In this document: positions 37,699 through 45,100 of the stretch, piece after piece
How the letters are laid out: each line of letters opens with the position of its first letter
Position numbering within the stretch: position 1 is the first letter of the stretch
NCBI GenBank assembly: GCA_045545475.1
Contig: JAZQAZ010000030.1
Coordinates: 87,764 to 151,763, forward strand
Length of the DNA: 64,000 nt
Origin: Clostridia bacterium
GTDB lineage: Bacteria; Bacillota; Clostridia; CAKSNL01; HGM11501
Reading direction: 5' to 3'
Notes under the pieces: generated by a model
Seen by the model: only the letters and a program-made list of their open reading frames with translations
Told to the model about the DNA's origin: nothing
Database searches by the model: none
Program-made: the position numbers and the translations under genes

Positions 37699-40350
37699 TT
37701 ATATAAGCTCTGCAGCACGGAGTGCCGCATCGGTATCTATATCGGTTCCGAAGGCATAAATTCCGTTTCCTAAGTTTCTGACATCATAACCAAAGGTATC
37801 GAAAAGGAATGTTACGGGAACGTATGCAATTCCGTCAACGTCAAGCACAGGCTTTGTCAGCGTAATATCGACACCGTCAACCACACCTGTAAGTGTGCCA
37901 ACGGTTGTATAGCAGAATCCTTCCTTTGAATCGATTTTAAAGAAGTTTCTGTAGGACTCATAAATCGTCCTTGTTGTGCCGTAGCCCACTACATCCTTAA
38001 GCATTGTGTAGGGAACGTAAGCCGTTCCGTCAATTTCTCTTACGCCGTAGGCAGTATTTGCTTCAAAAGCATCCATAATTCCGCCTCTTACAACAGCCTT
38101 GCCCGATCCCGCTTTTACAACGGTTGTGTTTTTAAGAGCTTCTCTGTCGGAATCTGTTACAGCCTTCTCTTCTATTTCAGAATAAACATAGTTGAATCTG
38201 CTTGCGGGAGCACATATTCCTGTAATATAGAAATTAAGAATGTCGGAATCGTCGGAGTTATCCGCCCACTTGAATTCGATGTCTGTGATGTCCCCCATTC
38301 CGATTAAACTTTTAGCCGCCTTTATCTGAAGCTGTTTTCCACTGAGTACCTGTTCTGCTTTGCCCACAAGATTCCATGTTCCGTTAAAGCTGTAAACATC
38401 GGTATTTACAATTTTGTAATCATAGCCTTCCCAACCTGTCGCACGGTTACGGTCGGCATCGATATAAAGTGCCATCCAGTTATTTCCCGAAGGCGTGGTT
38501 ATATCACTTTCGCAAGTAGCTGTAAACCAGATAAATTCATCGTTTCTTGCAACCTTGCTTGTTTTTATATTGTTTCTTGCCGTCTTATTTACATAGTGAT
38601 TTTTTCCATAGCCTACCGCATCACGGTCGTATACTCCGCGTACATTGTAAAATGTGGGTGCCACATTATCCCAGGATGCGGGATTTGCCATGTCAATTGT
38701 GGTTTTTTCGCTTGCAGTTGGTGCGGGGCGAACACCCTTCCACTTACGGATAGCGTCAACCATCAGCATAAATCCGCTGTCACGGTTTCCGCCCTTTGCA
38801 AGGGCAAGGTCACGGGTGTTAACCTGGTCAAAGTGGTCAATAAAGGAATTTTTGAATTTACCTGAGTAGTTTTCCTGTCTTCCTACGGTCCATTCGTTCC
38901 AGCTTGAAATAAGCATAATTCTTGCATCAGTTTCGAGGGCACCTGATACCTGTTCTTCAAAAAAGTAGTTATACTTATATGCATCGGAATCCCATATATG
39001 GCCGAAGGTTTCGGTGTAGTTTTTGCCTCTTGCTGTTTTATAACCCATGGGAACAAGCTGTTCAGTTTCGATGGACTTGTTGCAGCCGCCTGCCACGGTT
39101 ACGGTTTCGGCATTTCCAGAAGAGTCCACACCATAGGTCTTCATAGGATACTTTTCAATGATAGACCATTTATCGGTTTTATCGGTAAGAGTATCGTTCC
39201 AGTCTCCCTCGATTCCTCGGAAGGTGAAGAAGTCAAGAATTTCTTCGGTTAATTTAACATCCTCGGGGTCATTTTCGTTAAGATAATGCTCCATTGACTC
39301 CTGATGTACCATCAAAAGGGGTTTACCCTCGTGATAATACCACAAATCTTCGTAGTAGCCGGGTTTGTAGAAGGTGCGGTACATATAGAAAAGCATAGTT
39401 TTTGCATTTTCCGTGGGGTACGCCATATTACCTGCCAGAGTAAACTTTGGTACATCCACGCCATCTGCCTTAGCGTCACGGAACGCCTGACAAAACGCTT
39501 CCATATTGCGGCGGAAAACCGCGATTCCGTTGGTGTCGTCAAAGAACAAAAAGTCTACCCCTGCCTCGGATAAAAGCTCCGCATCCTTTCTGTATACCCA
39601 GTAGTCGTTACCTGCATAGAATCCGTATAATGGCTCATCCCAGAAATACTCTGTCTTACCCTTTGGCCATGCAGGATGAAGATATCCGTCTTCCTTGTAT
39701 GCATCGGGAAACTCTAGCTGGAAGGTTGTGTTGTTTATAACTGCTTCGTTATCCTCATATCCTGTGTTCCATATCCAGTAAAACAGGCCTACTTCCTTTC
39801 CTTCCTTTACGCCGCCGACTTCAGAATAGTCGGCAACGGCACGACCAAGCTCGCTTGTTCCTGCCCAGGTGTCGGAAAAGTCGTCAATTACCGGAGCAGA
39901 TACGGGTGTGTAGCCTTCTCTTTCGGTAATTCTTTCGTCGGACAAGGATATTTCAAAAATATCCGATGCGCCTGCAGGGCCGTAGGTTGAAATTATGTAT
40001 AAGTCGTGCTTTCCCGTAACAGAAACGTTACAGCCAAACTCATTTTTTCCTTCTTTATAAAGGTCAATCTCACCGATAATTTCGCCCGTGGGCTTGTCGA
40101 TTCTCACCTCAAAAAGGTCACCGCTCCAGCCCGAGGTCCAGTTTGCCTCCGCCGTCATTCTTACGGACTTTACATTTGTAAAGTCAACAGAGGGGAAATA
40201 CACATAGTTCCCCTTTTGCATTTCGAGAATACCGGAGGTTAATTTTGCTCCTTCCATTTTTTCAATGGTAAGAGGAGTTGTTGCACCGAATGCATTGATG
40301 GTCGATATCGCCATAACAATGCAAAGGGCAATAGCAAGTACTTTTTTCAT
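37699..40350 (-). CDS. Secreted GH99/GH71-like putative glycosidase (cassette 3)
   Basis: ATG 40350 behind AAGGAG; DTWAGTSELGR, FYWIW, RKDAELLSEAGVD, SWNEW; same domain order as the other paralogues. Confidence 0.6.
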   Translation of the reverse strand: MKKVLAIALCIVMAISTINAFGATTPLTIEKMEGAKLTSGILEMQKGNYVYFPSVDFTNVKSVRMTAEANWTSGWSGDLFEVRIDKPTGEIIGEIDLYKEGKNEFGCNVSVTGKHDLYIISTYGPAGASDIFEISLSDERITEREGYTPVSAPVIDDFSDTWAGTSELGRAVADYSEVGGVKEGKEVGLFYWIWNTGYEDNEAVINNTTFQLEFPDAYKEDGYLHPAWPKGKTEYFWDEPLYGFYAGNDYWVYRKDAELLSEAGVDFLFFDDTNGIAVFRRNMEAFCQAFRDAKADGVDVPKFTLAGNMAYPTENAKTMLFYMYRTFYKPGYYEDLWYYHEGKPLLMVHQESMEHYLNENDPEDVKLTEEILDFFTFRGIEGDWNDTLTDKTDKWSIIEKYPMKTYGVDSSGNAETVTVAGGCNKSIETEQLVPMGYKTARGKNYTETFGHIWDSDAYKYNYFFEEQVSGALETDARIMLISSWNEWTVGRQENYSGKFKNSFIDHFDQVNTRDLALAKGGNRDSGFMLMVDAIRKWKGVRPAPTASEKTTIDMANPASWDNVAPTFYNVRGVYDRDAVGYGKNHYVNKTARNNIKTSKVARNDEFIWFTATCESDITTPSGNNWMALYIDADRNRATGWEGYDYKIVNTDVYSFNGTWNLVGKAEQVLSGKQLQIKAAKSLIGMGDITDIEFKWADNSDDSDILNFYITGICAPASRFNYVYSEIEEKAVTDSDREALKNTTVVKAGSGKAVVRGGIMDAFEANTAYGVREIDGTAYVPYTMLKDVVGYGTTRTIYESYRNFFKIDSKEGFCYTTVGTLTGVVDGVDITLTKPVLDVDGIAYVPVTFLFDTFGYDVRNLGNGIYAFGTDIDTDAALRAAELI

Positions 40351-40391
40351 ATTTTTACTCCTTCCATATGTAAACAGCCGTCGGCTGTTTT

Positions 40392-41372
40392 TTACATTCC
40401 GAACCACTTATTAACCAGCATAAATATAAGAGGAATGGTAAGGCATGACAAAAGGTGTGAAACCACCGCCATGCCTGCCGCCTTTGATGTGTCTTTTCCG
40501 TAGGCACTGGGAATTACAACGGTATTTAAGCCAAGAGGCATTGAAAGTGCACAAACGGCACAGACAAACACCGTTTCATCAAAGGGAATAAACTTAGCAA
40601 GTCCCAAAAATGCCAATGGGATAATTATGAGCCTTATAAAGGTTACCGCATAAATTTTAACATCGGTAAAGGTTTTCTTCATATCAATGGAAGAAACCGT
40701 GATACCCGTAAGAAGCATTGCAACGGGGCTCATACAGTCGCCCGATACCGTAATTACACTTGTTATAAAACCGGGAAGTCGTAAACCCTCTCCGCTCCAG
40801 GGCATCGGCACCGTGCTTAAAAGCCCTATTATCATACCGATTATCATAGCGATGAACATAGGATTCAAAAAGGATTTAAGGCTTTCTGTAAGACTCCTCT
40901 TTTCGCCGCTTCCGCCGATTAAAAGTGCAGGCACGCCCCAGAGATAAATCATTATCCATAAGGGCAAGGTGAAAATTATGTAATTTAAGAAGAGCTCTTC
41001 GGGAAAAAGTGCCTTAACCACGGCGTTACCCATAAAGCCGAAGTTTGCAAAGGCCAGGCCGTAGGTAAAAATGTTCTGCTCATATTTATCCTTTGTTAAA
41101 AGCTTTGAAATAAATGTGGCAATGGGCATCATAATGAGTATCATTATAAAGCTTATGCCGAAAACCTTTCCCGCCTCCCCTATTTTATTTACGGTGAAGT
41201 TGTTTATGAAGGTTCCCATTACAAGAGCAGGAACAAAAAGGTTGTTTTCAAGCTTTGACAAAACCGTTGCCGAATTGTCGGGTATGATTTTAAATTTTCC
41301 CAAAATATAGCCTATTACAATAAAGGCGAAAAGAAATGCTGTCTGATTTAATGTTGATAAAAATCCGTCCAT
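40392..41372 (-). CDS. AEC family (auxin efflux carrier/malate permease-like) transporter
   Basis: About 10 TM segments; FANFGFMG, NPMFIA, PVAMLLTG, SMPLGLN. Confidence 0.9.
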   Translation of the reverse strand: MDGFLSTLNQTAFLFAFIVIGYILGKFKIIPDNSATVLSKLENNLFVPALVMGTFINNFTVNKIGEAGKVFGISFIMILIMMPIATFISKLLTKDKYEQNIFTYGLAFANFGFMGNAVVKALFPEELFLNYIIFTLPLWIMIYLWGVPALLIGGSGEKRSLTESLKSFLNPMFIAMIIGMIIGLLSTVPMPWSGEGLRLPGFITSVITVSGDCMSPVAMLLTGITVSSIDMKKTFTDVKIYAVTFIRLIIIPLAFLGLAKFIPFDETVFVCAVCALSMPLGLNTVVIPSAYGKDTSKAAGMAVVSHLLSCLTIPLIFMLVNKWFGM

Positions 41373-41406
41373 AATCTGCTTCCTTTCATTTAAACGTGTA
41401 CCTTTT

Positions 41407-41435
41407 ATTATAATTTAATTTATATATTTTGTCAA
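41407..41435 (-). promoter_or_regulatory. Perfect-consensus sigma-A promoter (AEC + cassette 3)
   Basis: TTGACA-17bp-TATAAT on the minus strand. Confidence 0.85.
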
Positions 41436-41532
41436 TATTATGATAACACGGCCGTTTCCTTCGGTCAATGTATAAAATGGACTATTGGTTGTGTTTTTTG
41501 AACTTTTCTTATTATAACATAATTTTCTCCAT

Positions 41533-41572
41533 TACGCAAGTGCGTATACGCAAAAATGTAAAATATTTTACA
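41533..41572. promoter_or_regulatory. Palindromic operator-like sites upstream of the XRE regulator
   Basis: TACGCA-AG-TGCGTA-TACGCA (41533-41552) and perfect 16-bp TGTAAAATATTTTACA (41557-41572). Confidence 0.5.
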
Positions 41573-41597
41573 ATATCTTTGTAAAGGAGGCCTTTTA

Positions 41598-41840
41598 ATG
41601 GACGTCAAAGATATAATAGTAAAAAGATTTACCGAGCTTTGCTCTGCCAGAAACATGAAAATCAACGAGCTTGCTAATATTTCAGGTGTTACTCCGTCAA
41701 CCGCTTACAGTATGATGGACCCTTCCCGCAGAGATGTATCAATAAGAACCATCAAAAAGTTTTGCGATGGATTGGAAATAACTTTAGGAGAGTTCTTTTC
41801 AACAAAAGATTTTGACGATCTTGAACAGGAAATAAAATAG
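41598..41840 (+). CDS. XRE/Cro-like helix-turn-helix regulator
   Basis: INELANISGVTPSTAYSM..TIKKFCDGLEITLGEFF; AAAGGAGG RBS. Confidence 0.9.
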   Translation: MDVKDIIVKRFTELCSARNMKINELANISGVTPSTAYSMMDPSRRDVSIRTIKKFCDGLEITLGEFFSTKDFDDLEQEIK

Positions 41841-42110
41841 GTTGTTTTGATATGAATTTACCAATCAGAAAAAGAACAAGATTAAAAGGTTATGACTATT
41901 CCGCTCCCGGAGAGTATTTTGTTACCATATGTACAGCTCAGAAAACGCATTTATTCGGAGAAATCAAAAACTCAGAAATGCATTTAAGCTCAATTGGCAA
42001 AATAGTTAATAGAGAAATCCTCGGTATAGCATCGCATTATGAAAACATCCGTATAGACAATTATGTTATTATGCCTAACCACATCCATATGATTATTGTT
42101 GTTGAACAAA

Positions 42111-42135
42111 CGGAAGGGATAAATCCCTTCCCTAC
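42111..42135 (-). repeat. GTAG-type REP inside the RAYT ORF
   Basis: Reverse complement is GTAGGGAAGGGATTTATCCCTTCCG. Confidence 0.85.
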
Positions 42136-42196
42136 GATAAAAAAATATGATATACCCAATGTGGTTGGAAAATTCAAGGCCGGAGTTACAAAAATT

Positions 42197-42221
42197 GTAG
42201 GGAATGCATTTATGCATTCCG
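42197..42221 (+). repeat. Second GTAG-type REP inside the RAYT ORF
   Basis: GTAGGGAATGCATTTATGCATTCCG. Confidence 0.85.
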
Positions 42222-42351
42222 CCAAAAAAACAATTTGGCAGCCATCCTTTCACGATCACATAATACATGGCGAAAAAGATCGCCTGAAAATTTCTGAATA
42301 CATTAATACAAACCCTTTAAAATGGGAATTAGATTGCTTTTATAACGATAG

Positions 42352-42380
42352 AAGACCGTAGCAAATGCTACGGTCTTTTC
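42352..42380. terminator. Bidirectional terminator between RAYT and cassette 4
   Basis: AAGACCGTAGCA-AA-TGCTACGGTCTTTT. Confidence 0.75.
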
Positions 42381-42381
42381 C

Positions 42382-45087
42382 TTATTTCTCTATTGTTATT
42401 GTCTGTGTATCGCCGTCCCAGGAAACTTTATAGCCAAGCTGTTCGGATACAAATCTTAACGGAATAAAGGTTCTTGAATTATTTATTCTGGGTGCAACGA
42501 TTACGCCGTGTCTTACGTCATTTACATAAACTCTTGTATTTTCTATCTGGAAAATCATTTCTGTTTTTCCGTCGGAAACGGTGATTTTTTCCTCGTCGCC
42601 GTTCCAGGAAACAGTTGCTCCCATCTCCTCAAAGAGACCTCGGAGGGGAATCATTGTTGTTCCGTCAACAATGTAGGGTGCAACGTCAATAACCTTTGTC
42701 TTTTGCTCTCCGCCCTGCTTTACGGAAATTTCATTGGAGCCAATTTTAAGGACGTATGCTTCTTTTTCGCTTTCCAGTCTTGCCTTCTGAACGTTTTCCG
42801 TTTCAAAGAAGCTTACATCGCCCGCCGATGCGTGGGACGACTGAATTTCTCCGTTGTCGTTAAGAGTTCTGAATATTTCAATCTGGAAATATCTTGCTTT
42901 TACCGATTCAGGGAAGGCAAGCATATGATAGTTATAGCTATTTGCCTGGGTATCGTTGAAAAGGAAGGTGTCGATTTTTTCAAAATTATTTCCGTCAACG
43001 GAATACCATATTTCAAATTCAACCCAGTGACCGCTTCTGAAGCCGCTTCCTCGGGGCATATAGCCGAGGGCACTTATCTCATATTCTTTGCCGAGGTCAA
43101 ATTCAAGTAATGCGGGCATAACTTTCTGATTGTAGGCTGAGCCGTCCTCATTTGTATATCTTGTGTGCCAGAGCGAATAAACGCTTTCGTCAAGAAGCTT
43201 TGAAGCATAAAGGCTGTGAGTGGGGTTTTCGCTGGACGCTGTTACCTTAACATCCTTTTCGTCGATTGCAACAAGGGCGTAATCGCCGGGATTTGCCGCA
43301 ATATCGGATACCGTTACGGTTTTAAGTCTCTCTAAAGGCTTTAACACCCTTATTTCTGCCGCAACGCCGAAGTTTGATGCCGCATGGGTTATAGTAAGTC
43401 TTACCGCCTTTGCCTTTATGTTTTTATTAAAAGAAACCTGGCAGGGTGTTCTGTCGCCAAAGCCTGAGTTTTCGCCGTAGTACATTGTATAATCGGTTAC
43501 AACAGGAACGAAGTTTTCACCGTCATCAGAAACAGATGCCGTCACGATATAGAATATACCGCTGGAGGCTTCTGGCTTCTGTCTGGGGTAATAACGAACA
43601 CCCGAAACTTCCTTTTCCTCGGGGAAGGTTATGGTAAAGTCAAAGGGAGGTGTATCTTGAGAAACGATTGAGCCGCCCTCTGCCTTATATGCTGAGTGCC
43701 AGTAGGTGTTCATTTTACCGTCAATGGCGTTTTCCGCCTTTACCATTACGCTGGAGGCTTCCGCCGTCCAGTTTTCGGGGACATATTCATCAATTTCGTA
43801 TGTAACATCCGTAGAGGAAGCTGAAGCCTGAGGCGTGGTTGTGTCCGTTGCAGGCTTTTCTTCCTTCTTTTCTTCTGTTATTTTAACCCCGGTAATATCA
43901 GCCGCCTTTAAGGCTGCATCGCTCTTTAAGAGATGAAGCTCCGCACAGGTAGAAAATCCGCCGTGACCGTTTGTCACAGTAAGTCTCAGTGCTTTTATTG
44001 TAACATTAGAATCAAACTTTGTAGCCCTTCCTCCCTCACGGTCGGAATATGCTCCGTTATAGGTATACTTCACATTTCCGAGAGAGGTGAAGTTTTCACC
44101 GTCAGCAGATATTTCAACCCCTGCTTCAAGAATTGTGCCTGCAACCGCACCGCCAAGGCGGGGATAATAGCGAAAGCCCGATACTTCCAGAGTATAAGGA
44201 AGTGTAAGGGTTAAAACGTGGGGATAAGGGTCGATTTCCGTTATGGTAGAACCCTCTGCCTTGTAGCTTGAGTGCCAGATAGTATCAATATTTCCGTCCA
44301 CCACATACTTTGCAGAGCCTACACCGGTTGTCGCTTCCGCAACCCAGAAATCCATATCGGTTACTTCATCGTCGTGCTCTTTTTTAGTTTCTTCCTCTTT
44401 CTTGACATCGCCCACTCCTGCAGAAGCACCTGCTACACTTGCCTTGGGTGATGCGTTTTCTGATGCAATATGCTCGGTTGGCTTTCCGTCCAGCGTTGCG
44501 ATTATTACCTTTTCCTTTAAGTCAACATCCTTTATGCTAACCTGTTTAAGGGAACTATCGCTCTTAAGAAGGGAAAGTTCTGCCATTGTGCCGAAATCCG
44601 TATATGCACGAAGGACATTTAATTTAATGGACTTAACCTTGATATTGCCCGTAAAGTTTACTGTTTTTCCGCCCTCACGGTCGGAATATGCACCGTTATA
44701 CTGAAACTTAACTTCGCCCACTTCTTCATAATCCGTTCCGTTTTCAGATGCGTAAATCATCACATCGTAAAACGTGCCAGATACCGCACCGCCAAGGCGG
44801 GGGTAATAGCGAAGACCGGATATTTCAGTTACTTCGGGAAGGGTAAGTTCAATAATGAAGGGCGGTCTGTCCTGACCTGTTATTGTTCCGCCGTCAGCGG
44901 TGTAGCTTGAGTGCCAGTAGGTATTTATATCACCGTCGATAGCATTTTTAATGGGGATTATTTCGCTGGATGCGGAAATAGTCCAGCCGTCTTTTGAAAT
45001 TTCATCGTCCGCCGCAAAGGATAATGCCACGGAAAAGAGTGAAACAATAATGGAAACTGCCGCAATTATTGATAATAATTTTTTCAT
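42382..45087 (-). CDS. Secreted protein with four F5/8C (CBM32-like) domains and an amine-oxidase-N-like tail (cassette 4 partner)
   Basis: ATG 45087 behind AAGGAGG; close paralogue of 34952-37690 (YYPRLGG, YSDREGG, WHT.Y.NEDGS). Confidence 0.85.
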   Translation of the reverse strand: MKKLLSIIAAVSIIVSLFSVALSFAADDEISKDGWTISASSEIIPIKNAIDGDINTYWHSSYTADGGTITGQDRPPFIIELTLPEVTEISGLRYYPRLGGAVSGTFYDVMIYASENGTDYEEVGEVKFQYNGAYSDREGGKTVNFTGNIKVKSIKLNVLRAYTDFGTMAELSLLKSDSSLKQVSIKDVDLKEKVIIATLDGKPTEHIASENASPKASVAGASAGVGDVKKEEETKKEHDDEVTDMDFWVAEATTGVGSAKYVVDGNIDTIWHSSYKAEGSTITEIDPYPHVLTLTLPYTLEVSGFRYYPRLGGAVAGTILEAGVEISADGENFTSLGNVKYTYNGAYSDREGGRATKFDSNVTIKALRLTVTNGHGGFSTCAELHLLKSDAALKAADITGVKITEEKKEEKPATDTTTPQASASSTDVTYEIDEYVPENWTAEASSVMVKAENAIDGKMNTYWHSAYKAEGGSIVSQDTPPFDFTITFPEEKEVSGVRYYPRQKPEASSGIFYIVTASVSDDGENFVPVVTDYTMYYGENSGFGDRTPCQVSFNKNIKAKAVRLTITHAASNFGVAAEIRVLKPLERLKTVTVSDIAANPGDYALVAIDEKDVKVTASSENPTHSLYASKLLDESVYSLWHTRYTNEDGSAYNQKVMPALLEFDLGKEYEISALGYMPRGSGFRSGHWVEFEIWYSVDGNNFEKIDTFLFNDTQANSYNYHMLAFPESVKARYFQIEIFRTLNDNGEIQSSHASAGDVSFFETENVQKARLESEKEAYVLKIGSNEISVKQGGEQKTKVIDVAPYIVDGTTMIPLRGLFEEMGATVSWNGDEEKITVSDGKTEMIFQIENTRVYVNDVRHGVIVAPRINNSRTFIPLRFVSEQLGYKVSWDGDTQTITIEK

Positions 45088-45100
45088 GTTTTCCGCCTCC

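Larger units (their letters stand above)
41852..42361 (+). mobile_element. REP-associated tyrosine transposase (RAYT, IS200-like HUH Y1)
   Basis: RLKGYDYS.PG.YFVTICT, YVIMPNHIH (HUH), IWQPSFHDHII, EYINTNPLKW (catalytic Tyr). Confidence 0.9.

Noticed and set aside
41852-42361. IS200/IS605 insertion sequence
   Set aside because: No tnpB or IS-type subterminal hairpin pair was seen; the motifs and associated GTAG palindromes fit a RAYT.
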